Under the pieces are notes generated by a model. That model was not told the DNA's origin and searched no databases. It saw nothing but the letters and a program-made list of their open reading frames with translations. Shown here piece by piece: positions 17,724-24,772 of a stretch of 51,248 nucleotides of DNA. Every line of letters begins with the position of its first letter. Position 1 is the first letter of the stretch. Made by a program: the position numbers and the translations under genes. Origin of the DNA: a virus (Duplodnaviria; Caudoviricetes); IMG/VR virus record IMGVR_UViG_3300048999_000032, positions 1 to 51,248 of that record; one strand, given 5' to 3'.

Positions 17724-17908
17724 GGCTTCCCTCCATCCAGCACGTGGAACGCGGGCTTGCCGAACGTCACCCTCGAAACCCAGGCACGGGCCTCGGCGAC
17801 ACATGCAGGCAGGGCACACACCGGGGCTGAGGCGTAGTAGTCCTCTATGCCGACGAGGGGATGAGACGTGACGAGACCAGCGGACGTGGCGCCACAGATG
17901 CAGTTCAC
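17720..17908 (-). CDS. Small Zn-finger protein
   Basis: CICG...CALPAC. Confidence 0.55.
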   Translation of the reverse strand: MNCICGATSAGLVTSHPLVGIEDYYASAPVCALPACVAEARAWVSRVTFGKPAFHVLDGGKP

Positions 17909-18216
17909 GGCTTGCCTCCGATGCGCAGTTGGCGCTCAAGCTCAGCGATCTCCTGCTCACGCTTGGCCAGCTCTTCCTGCAGGCGCTTCGGGTCCAGCTG
18001 GTCGGCGGCATTGAAGAGCCAGACGAACGGCCACCGGAACGGCCAGAACAGGAACGTCATCGCAGCACCCATCTGCACGGCGCTGCGCTGCGTGTTGTCG
18101 TACGACCACGACTTGCGCGCCCGGACCCACAGATTCGGCATGTCCTTGAGCGCCAGGACATAGCCGATCGCGAAGTACGCGGCAACCGACCCGAGAGTGA
18201 TCAACAGTGCGAGCAT
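17905..18216 (-). CDS. Membrane protein with C-terminal coiled coil
   Basis: Two hydrophobic segments; FWPF motif. Confidence 0.7.
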   Translation of the reverse strand: MLALLITLGSVAAYFAIGYVLALKDMPNLWVRARKSWSYDNTQRSAVQMGAAMTFLFWPFRWPFVWLFNAADQLDPKRLQEELAKREQEIAELERQLRIGGKP

Positions 18217-18494
18217 CACGCACCCCGCTTCGGATCGTTGACGACCCTGACGTGAACGCGGATCCCCAGTACTTCCTTGGACCAGACGCCGTTGACGACC
18301 TGCGACCGCATGATCCGGCCACCCACAGCGGCACGCCACGCCAGCACCTCGAAGTCAGTGCCTTCGACCAGCACCCACAGGCGCCCGTTCTCAGTGGCGT
18401 ACTCCCACTTGCCCTGCCAGAGCTGTGGGTGGAGGGCAACCACGTCCTCGATCCACGCCATTGTCGCGGAGTGGCGCTCTTCGGTGGCCATCAC
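18216..18494 (-). CDS. Hypothetical protein
   Basis: Coupled ORF. Confidence 0.6.
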   Translation of the reverse strand: MMATEERHSATMAWIEDVVALHPQLWQGKWEYATENGRLWVLVEGTDFEVLAWRAAVGGRIMRSQVVNGVWSKEVLGIRVHVRVVNDPKRGA

Positions 18495-18706
18495 CGGATC
18501 TCACCGCCAACCGGCACCAGCTGCGCGTACCACGACTTCAGGTGGAGCAGACCCTCATTGCCGGTCGCGCTGAACGCGTACCGCCAGTTCACCGCGCCGC
18601 CCGCAGGCTTCAGTTCCGCCACAACGAACGCGGCACCGTCCGGCTCGAGGATGATCGTCATGCCGACCTCGACATCGGCGCCGGCTACCGCGAACGGCGC
18701 GGTCAC
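18491..18706 (-). CDS. Hypothetical protein
   Basis: Coupled ORF. Confidence 0.6.
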   Translation of the reverse strand: MTAPFAVAGADVEVGMTIILEPDGAAFVVAELKPAGGAVNWRYAFSATGNEGLLHLKSWYAQLVPVGGEIR

Positions 18707-18858
18707 TTCTTGCCTTGCTTCTTCGCACGCTGCCGTGCGACCTCGTCCTTCTTGGCCTTCTGCTCACGCTCGATGTCGACCAGGAACCGGCCCGCCTTCG
18801 TCGCGTGGATCTTGCCCGCGTTCGGCTTCGACTTACCGAAGATCCCCACTGCTAACAT
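18703..18858 (-). CDS. Small basic protein (51 aa)
   Basis: MLAVGIFGKSKPNAGKIHATKAGRFLVDIERE...; AAGGGGAG RBS. Confidence 0.5.
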   Translation of the reverse strand: MLAVGIFGKSKPNAGKIHATKAGRFLVDIEREQKAKKDEVARQRAKKQGKK

Positions 18859-18923
18859 CTCCCTTGTTCGTCGCCCCAGGTCCTGACTCGACGGTTGTGG
18901 CCTGGGGCGTCGGCATGTTCTGA

Positions 18924-19340
18924 CTAGGCGCCCTTCGCGAGCGCGTTGATTGCAGCTGCGAATTCCTTGAGGTGGCTGTACTTCCGTTTGAGCGCGGCAA
19001 TGTCGCGCTCCATGGCCTGCAGCACCAGCGCCCGCGTGAACTCGTCAGCGACGGCATCCACGGTGGGCATGTAGGTGGGCTGAGGGTCGGTGCCGCGGGA
19101 CACCGAGACGAACTCGCGAATGTGCCGCGGTCGCTTCGGGTTGCGGTTGTCCGTGATCTTCACGGACCGGATGAGCCGGCGGGCCTGTTCGCGGCGGTGG
19201 ACTTCGCCTGCGATGGCGTCGTTCCATTCGAACCGGTCATGCAGCGGGTGGTCTTCAGGGCGGGCCAGGTCTACGACCAGCGCAGGCGTTAGTTCCCCGC
19301 GCTGGTCGTAGATGGCCTGAAGGCTGTCACGCAGGCTCAT
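18924..19340 (-). CDS. Array-associated accessory protein (138 aa)
   Basis: GELTPALVVDLARPEDHPLHDRFEWND...QARRLI motif; ATG directly abuts the last GGYNN repeats. Confidence 0.8.
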   Translation of the reverse strand: MSLRDSLQAIYDQRGELTPALVVDLARPEDHPLHDRFEWNDAIAGEVHRREQARRLIRSVKITDNRNPKRPRHIREFVSVSRGTDPQPTYMPTVDAVADEFTRALVLQAMERDIAALKRKYSHLKEFAAAINALAKGA

Positions 19341-19946
19341 GCCACACCTGCCACGAGATGCCGCGCCCAACCGAGCGATGCCGGGCCCAACCCTGCAGTG
19401 CCCTGCCCAACCTGCCGTGCCGAGCCATACCTGGCCCCGACAAGCCCTAACCGGCCCCACCCAGCCACATCGAGCCGTACCATGCCTGCCAGACCGTGCC
19501 GGGACTTACCCCGACATGCCCCGCCTGCCCCGACATACCGCACCGAGCCCCGCCAAGCCTTGACCTGCCTGCCAAGCCGCGCCATACCTGGCGCTGCCAT
19601 GCTCTGCCGATCCCCGCCTGCCGTGCCCTGACTAGCCGGACCGCGCACTGACGAACCGAGCCACACCCCGCCTGCCACGCCGTAACGGACCATGACGAAC
19701 CGAGCCAAGCCAGGCCGCGCGAAGTCGAACCATGCCTGCCTCGCCATGCCATACCGGGGCTTGACATGCCCAGCCCAGCCAAACCAAGCCTGCCTTGCCG
19801 GAACATGCCGTGACCCGACACGCCTATCCCTGCCTGCCGCGCCGCACCTGACCCCACCGCACCCAACCAAGCCCTGCCGATCCGAGCCTGCCGAGCCCCA
19901 CCACGCCTTGCCGAGACAAGCCGTGCCACGACCTTCCACGCCTGCC
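19341..19946 (-). ncRNA. GGY-NN pentamer array: 11 putative guide-RNA units separated by GGCA
   Basis: GGCAGG boundaries spaced 54,54,44,54,64,54,49,44,39,74,64 nt (all 5n+4); 110 pentamers, of which 80 start GGY, 16 GTY, 4 GGA; last two bases variable. The repeat structure is directly visible; the RNA role is inferred. Confidence 0.85.
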
Positions 19947-19950
19947 GTGC

Positions 19951-20574
19951 TCACGACATCACCGTCACGTCGCGGGACGGGTCGATCTTGAAGGTGCCGA
20001 AGTCACCCTTCTTCTCCGGTCGCCACTCCCCGATGCCGCAGCCGAGACCGCCGGCGTCGATCAGGGACAGCACCGACTCACGGGTCAGCGACGACTTCAC
20101 GAACGTGACCTCGAGCTCGGTCGACCACTCCGGGAACTCCGGGCGGTAGCGCAGGTCCGAGCTCCCCATGCCGATGCGGACCACGTCCTCCCGCATGCGC
20201 GGCTCTCCGGTCAGTACGGCGAGCGGCTGCGGGTCAGCGTCGGACAGGACGCCCTTGAAGAACAGGAACTGCCGCAGGTCGGTCATGCGGACGTCCTTGC
20301 CGTAGAACCGGGCCGCCCCGACCGTCGCCGACTTGAAAGCGATCATCGGGAAGCCGTAGCCGTCCTTCGTCCGGTAGAACGCGGCGAGGTACTCGGCTTC
20401 CGGATCACGCGCCACCTTCGGAGACTTCCGGCCCTGCTGCGCGTCGAGCATCTGCTTCTTCGCCTTCTCGCTGAAGCGGTGAACGATGAGCGGCGCAGTG
20501 CCGACGATCGGGACGATGAGCGTCTCGGCGTCGATGCGGGAGATGTTGACCTGTGCGGATGCCGCGGTGACCAT
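19951..20574 (-). CDS. Stand-alone Cas7/RAMP-like protein (207 aa), putative RNA-guided effector
   Basis: RAMP-like motifs: IVPIVGTAPLIVH (beta1), YGFPMIAFKSA (cf. IPGSSLKG), RYRPEF..W, C-terminal Gly loop GGLGCGIGEWRPEKKGDFGTF; AAGGAG RBS. Confidence 0.8.
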   Translation of the reverse strand: MVTAASAQVNISRIDAETLIVPIVGTAPLIVHRFSEKAKKQMLDAQQGRKSPKVARDPEAEYLAAFYRTKDGYGFPMIAFKSATVGAARFYGKDVRMTDLRQFLFFKGVLSDADPQPLAVLTGEPRMREDVVRIGMGSSDLRYRPEFPEWSTELEVTFVKSSLTRESVLSLIDAGGLGCGIGEWRPEKKGDFGTFKIDPSRDVTVMS

Positions 20575-20717
20575 GCGATACTCCTTGTGTGTTGTAAGGG
20601 CTGGTGTCTCTTTCCGGGGATCCAGCCCTTCGGCTTTTCTCTTGTGAAGTGGAGCTCCTGATGGCCGCCGCCAGACCGGACCGGGGGGCAGTCCGCGGCC
20701 GATGGCCATCAGGAGGA

Positions 20718-20912
20718 CTAGGCGACCGTCCGTGTGTTCCGGTCGATGTACTGCTGCAGGTCTGCTTCCGCGACGCGGGACTTCCCGCGGACCTCGACAA
20801 CCGGCAGGTCGCCGTCAGAGATCAGGCGGTACACGGTGTTGCGGCTGACCTTCAGCCGGTCGGCCACCTGCGGGATGGTGAGCACCTCGGCGGGAATTCG
20901 CTCGTCGCTCAC
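20718..20912 (-). CDS. xis: Excisionase / HTH_17 DNA-binding protein
   Basis: LTIPQVADRLKVSRNTVYRLISDGDLPVVEVRGKSRV; start position uncertain. Confidence 0.85.
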   Translation of the reverse strand: MSDERIPAEVLTIPQVADRLKVSRNTVYRLISDGDLPVVEVRGKSRVAEADLQQYIDRNTRTVA

Positions 20913-21061
20913 GCGATCACCAACCAAATCAGTAGGAGCGCGACGACGGCCACGCGGACCATAAGGAGCGGGCAGCCTTTCGGCTTCGGAGACTCCTTCA
21001 TTAACCACATCTGAGCCTCCGTGCATCACGCTGAATCTGAGTGTGTCTTGCTGTGTCAGCG

Positions 21062-21091
21062 ACGGTAGCACCGGGGATTAAGAGTCCGCAA
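21062..21091 (-). promoter_or_regulatory. Putative leftward early promoter
   Basis: TTGCGG-18 nt-TACCGT on the minus strand, upstream of xis. Confidence 0.4.
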
Positions 21092-21220
21092 GGGTTTGGG
21101 TGGGTCAAGCTGTGTCAGAGTGTTCCGAGATGAATCTGGACGTGTCGGCCTGCGCCATGTACCGTGAAGCAGGATGGGACACGGTGCAACACGGTGAGAC
21201 AAGGGGAGGTGAAACAGAGC

Positions 21221-21562
21221 ATGCTTCTCTTCATGATCGATGCGCGCGGGCGGACCCTGATCGGAGAAACCGTCAAGGCGGTCATGGCGTGGGAGGGCTA
21301 CACCGGTGTCGGGATCGACAGCACCGGCAGAGTCAGTCGCGCCACCATCAACCGGGCCAAACGCGGCGACGTCATCTCGGACACCATGCTCCGCGCCCTG
21401 GGGGACGCGCTAGGTCTACCGCGGGACTACCTGCTGTATGTGGGAGCCGGCGACGTCCGCAAGATCCAGGCATCTGGCGCAGACCCCGACCTCATCCGCT
21501 GGACTACGGACCTCATCCAGACCAGTCACCCGCAGGATGACAAAGCTACGCATATCCAATGA
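21221..21562 (+). CDS. Xre-like HTH regulator (candidate repressor)
   Basis: GRVSRATINRAKRG...TMLRALGDALG; divergent from xis; GGAGGT RBS. Confidence 0.7.
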   Translation: MLLFMIDARGRTLIGETVKAVMAWEGYTGVGIDSTGRVSRATINRAKRGDVISDTMLRALGDALGLPRDYLLYVGAGDVRKIQASGADPDLIRWTTDLIQTSHPQDDKATHIQ

Positions 21563-21716
21563 CCGACACGCAGTGTTACCGAATCGAGATTGAACTGTGC
21601 GTAACCTTTTGATCGATCGAACGGATGGAGCTTTAGGGGCACGCCTGCGACGGGGGCGGACGAGTCGCTATCAGCTACAGCGACGATTCGGAAGAGGGGT
21701 AAGTGTGAAACGGAGA

Positions 21717-22052
21717 ATGACGACCAAGGGATGGCTGGCAAGGACTGGGGGACTGGCGCTCATCGTGGTCGGGTGTGGAGCATTCGTGCTCGGGTTCCTC
21801 ACCAACATCCAGCTCGCGGGGGGGCAACCGGTGGCGCTGATGCTGGCCGGCGGCCAGGCGATGATCCTGGGGACCGGGCTGTACTGCTACCAGCAGCTGC
21901 TGATCCGGTCCATGCAGAATGAGGAGTCTCTCAAGTTCCAGTACGACATCGGCTACGAGGCCGGGTACAGGGACAGCGACAACCAGACTAGGCCGGTTGT
22001 GGTGGACTTCCCGGCTCGTAGGTCTGCCGGAAAGGTGGTCGATCGTGTCTGA
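21717..22052 (+). CDS. Two-TM membrane protein
   Basis: Two hydrophobic helices and a GYEAGY motif. Confidence 0.65.
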   Translation: MTTKGWLARTGGLALIVVGCGAFVLGFLTNIQLAGGQPVALMLAGGQAMILGTGLYCYQQLLIRSMQNEESLKFQYDIGYEAGYRDSDNQTRPVVVDFPARRSAGKVVDRV

Positions 22053-22126
22053 AATAGTGTCCGCGTTGCATCAAGTTTGGATGAAGACCCGGACGGTTGC
22101 CGCGAGCAACACACAGACTCACCGGT

Positions 22127-22471
22127 GTGAGCTCGGACTGGAAGCGGCTGGGGGCCGTGGTAACCGCCGAGCGCATCCGGCGAGGGCATCACACGCTGGC
22201 AGCGTTCGCGCGGGCCATTGGGCTCAGCCGGTCTACGCTGGACAGCATCGAGAATGCGCGCAAGTACGGGTACAGCCCGACCACGATCGCGACTCTCGAG
22301 CATGCTCTTGGCTGGCAGGTGGGGTCCGTGGATCGCGTCCTGCGTGGGCTGGGGCCACTTCTGGACGAGGACGCGGACCTCACCGCGTTGATCGATGCCT
22401 GGCCGCGGCTGTCACCAGGGTCACGCAGGATGCTGCGCATGCTGGCCGTTGAGGCCGCGCGCGCCGAGTAA
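22127..22471 (+). CDS. Xre-family HTH regulator
   Basis: LAAFARAIGLSRSTLDSIENA...TIATLEHALGWQVGS. Confidence 0.85.
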   Translation: MSSDWKRLGAVVTAERIRRGHHTLAAFARAIGLSRSTLDSIENARKYGYSPTTIATLEHALGWQVGSVDRVLRGLGPLLDEDADLTALIDAWPRLSPGSRRMLRMLAVEAARAE

Positions 22472-22479
22472 CACCACTC

Positions 22480-22515
22480 ATCCTCGCCCCGGACCCCGGC
22501 GAGGATTTTCTATTT
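22480..22515 (+). terminator. Intrinsic terminator upstream of the integrase
   Basis: ATCCTCGCC-loop-GGCGAGGAT followed by TTTCTATTT. Confidence 0.55.
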
Positions 22516-22527
22516 CAGGGGGCAGTT

Positions 22528-23613
22528 GTGGCACACATCCGTAAGTTGGCGTCCGGGAAGTGGCAGGCGACGGTCCGTCACCCGTCGGGTCAGCGCTGGT
22601 CGAAGTCGGACCCGCTGAAACGAGTGGTGAAGGACTGGGCCGACGAAGCAGAAGCGAGGATGCGGCGCGGCGACTTCCTCGATCCGGCCGGCGGGAAGAT
22701 GGTCCTGTCGGACTGGTGGATGAAGTGGTCCACCACGCGCCGGGTCGAGGTGGCGACGAGACGGAAGAACACCTCCCACTGGGGCGTCCATGTGGGACCC
22801 GCCTTCGGTACGTGGCCGCTGGCAACCATCAAGTCCTGGGATGTCGAGCGCTGGGTGTCCGACATGGTGGCCGCGGAAGTTGGGCCCACCACGGTCGCCG
22901 CGTCGCTGAGTCTGTTGACCCACCTTCTGAACGCGGCAGTGAAGCATCAGCTGATCGGGGTCAACCCCGCCGCACTCGTGAAGGCTCCCTCAGTGCCTAA
23001 GCACAAGGACCGCTTCCTCACCCACGAGGAGGCCGACCGGGTGCTCGCGCAACTGGACGGCGTACACCGGCTGTTCGCTCAGGTGCTGCTGGGGACCGGA
23101 CTGCGGTGGGGTGAGGCCGCGGCGCTCGACGGGCGGCATGTGAACTTCCTGCGCAAGACCATCACCGTCGAGCAGGCGTTGGGGCGGGACGGGAAGATCA
23201 AGCCACCGAAGACGGGCGCCGGCTACAGGGATGTTCCGCTGACCGATGAGCTCACCGAGGATCTGTCGCGGCATGTGGTGAACCTTGATAAGCCGGTGTT
23301 CCAGCAGGCGAACGGGGAACGGTTCGACTACTCCAACTGGCGTGCCCGCATCTGGGTCCCGGCAGTGAAGCGGGCAGGCCTCGATGACCCGCAGCCGACG
23401 CCGCATGATTGCCGCCACTCGTACGGCAGTTGGCTGGGCGACGACAGTGTTCCGCCGCAGGACATGGCGGCGCTGCTGGGGCACTCGGACTGGCGGATGG
23501 TGCAGCGGTACGTCCACGCCTCGGCGGCACGGTTCGCGAGAGCAAGGGCTGCGCTAGAAGGCGTACGCTCACACGAAAGCGCCCGACGCAGTGATGAGAC
23601 TGCGCCGGGCTGA
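22528..23613 (+). CDS. int: Tyrosine integrase
   Basis: N-terminal arm-binding domain; GLRWGE, KT, HDCRH, LLGH, RY catalytic residues. Confidence 0.96.
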   Translation: MAHIRKLASGKWQATVRHPSGQRWSKSDPLKRVVKDWADEAEARMRRGDFLDPAGGKMVLSDWWMKWSTTRRVEVATRRKNTSHWGVHVGPAFGTWPLATIKSWDVERWVSDMVAAEVGPTTVAASLSLLTHLLNAAVKHQLIGVNPAALVKAPSVPKHKDRFLTHEEADRVLAQLDGVHRLFAQVLLGTGLRWGEAAALDGRHVNFLRKTITVEQALGRDGKIKPPKTGAGYRDVPLTDELTEDLSRHVVNLDKPVFQQANGERFDYSNWRARIWVPAVKRAGLDDPQPTPHDCRHSYGSWLGDDSVPPQDMAALLGHSDWRMVQRYVHASAARFARARAALEGVRSHESARRSDETAPG

Positions 23614-23634
23614 GCCGACTGATAAGGAGTCGAC

Positions 23635-23883
23635 ATGGCAGAGACTAACCCGCCACCAATCCTGTACGCCGCAACGCTGACCGTTGACCAGGTGAAAGAG
23701 TACGTCGCATACATTGGCACGCTGGTCGACAAGCCAGATGATGCACACGGCGCCGAGGACGGCCTTTACCAAGATGTGCTGACCGCAATCGCGATCGGTC
23801 GCCTCAAGGGCGTGGATGCCCAACTGGCCGCGTTGGTGGCGCTGCGCACCGAGGCGTTCGAGTTCGATCGGTGGACGGGATGA
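23635..23883 (+). CDS. Hypothetical protein between int and attP
   Basis: AAGGAG RBS; 82 aa. Confidence 0.7.
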   Translation: MAETNPPPILYAATLTVDQVKEYVAYIGTLVDKPDDAHGAEDGLYQDVLTAIAIGRLKGVDAQLAALVALRTEAFEFDRWTG

Positions 23884-24025
23884 GGATCCTCCACGCCAGA
23901 CCGGAGCGGCAGGAGCGGCAGGAGAGCGGCAGGACCGGTGATCTCGGTGGGACCCCTTGACACACTCTGACACAGCTGTAAGACTCGGGGCACATCGAGA
24001 GTTGGTCTGACCAGCGGAAACAGCA

Positions 24026-24072
24026 TCCATGGCATGGAAGAGGTCAGGGGTTCGAATCCCCTAAGCTCCACC
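24026..24072 (+). other. attP core = 3' half of tRNA-Ala(GGC)
   Basis: TCCATGGCATGGAAGAGGTCAGGGGTTCGAATCCCCTAAGCTCCACC: anticodon arm with GGC, T arm and acceptor 3' strand; no 5' half. Confidence 0.9.
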
Positions 24073-24088
24073 GCCGGTTTCACGCTCA

Positions 24089-24126
24089 GATCCCTCTCGA
24101 ACCACAAGTTCGGGAGGGATCTTTCT
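24089..24126 (+). terminator. Terminator supplied to the reconstituted tRNA after integration
   Basis: GATCCCTCTCGAAC-CACAA-GTTCGGGAGGGATC followed by TTTCT. Confidence 0.75.
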
Positions 24127-24184
24127 CATGTCGGAGCGGCAGGAGAGCGGCAGGACCTCCCACCAGACAGGGGGAGACCCAACC

Positions 24185-24772
24185 ATGAGTGACTACGGCC
24201 AGCCAGACCCGCAGCAGTTCCAACCGCAGCACGCGAGCTCGCAGCACCAGGCACCCAAGCCGCCGAAGAAGCACACGGTCCGCAACGCGATCCTGATCGG
24301 CGTCGGCTGCCTCGTCGTCGCGACGGTCGCGCTCACTGCGCTGTCGCCTGCGCCGGCCGAGGCTCCGTCCGCGGTCACGAGCCAGGCGGGTACGCCGACG
24401 ACCAAGCCGTCTGCCGTGAAGTCCACCGTGCAGCTTTCCCCGAAGGCAACGCACAAACCGGCGCCGAAGCTGACCGTGTCCCAGGTGCAGGCGATCGGCT
24501 CAGCCGAGTCGTACCTGTCGTTCACGGCGTTCAGCCGCAAGGGCCTGATCCGGCAGTTGTCGTCGGATGCGGGTGAGGGGTTCTCGGTGGCGGATGCAAC
24601 GTTCGCCGTGGACCACGTGAAGGTGGACTGGGACGAGCAGGCGGCGAAGAAGGCGCGGGAGTACCTGTCGCTGCAGCATTTCTCGAGGAAGGGTCTGATC
24701 CACCAGTTGGAGTCTGGTGAGCAGTTTACCCACGCTCAGGCTGTGTACGGCGTGACGAAGGCGGGTCTGTGA
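24185..24772 (+). CDS. Ltp-family surface protein (superinfection-exclusion type)
   Basis: TM anchor, Pro/Thr linker, two repeats A..YL....FSRKGLI.QL....E.F....A. Confidence 0.85.
   Translation: MSDYGQPDPQQFQPQHASSQHQAPKPPKKHTVRNAILIGVGCLVVATVALTALSPAPAEAPSAVTSQAGTPTTKPSAVKSTVQLSPKATHKPAPKLTVSQVQAIGSAESYLSFTAFSRKGLIRQLSSDAGEGFSVADATFAVDHVKVDWDEQAAKKAREYLSLQHFSRKGLIHQLESGEQFTHAQAVYGVTKAGL

Larger units (their letters stand above)
23903..24157. repeat. Arm-type integrase binding repeats flanking the att core
   Basis: Identical 25-mer GGAGCGGCAGGAGAGCGGCAGGACC at 23912-23936 and 24133-24157, plus an extra GGAGCGGCA at 23903. Confidence 0.75.

Noticed and set aside
17719-17919. Repeat TTCACGGCTT(C/G)CCTCC at consecutive gene junctions (also TCATCCGGTCTCC near 4514 and 10645)
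   Set aside because: Largely explained by RBS plus overlapping stop/start constraints; too short to call a separate element.
19341-19946. Classical CRISPR array or simple microsatellite
   Set aside because: There are no 25-45 nt identical repeats with unique spacers and no cas1/2. The 5-nt scaffold has freely variable NN and regular 4-nt phase breaks, unlike slippage repeats.
19339-19991. Overlapping ORFs on both strands of the array as real proteins
   Set aside because: These G/R/A/W- or P/C/R-rich translations are by-products of the pentamer periodicity. Only the doubly coupled frame is kept, as a possible regulatory feature.
24026-24072. Functional tRNA-Ala gene
   Set aside because: The 5' acceptor strand and D arm are missing; it is the attP core.
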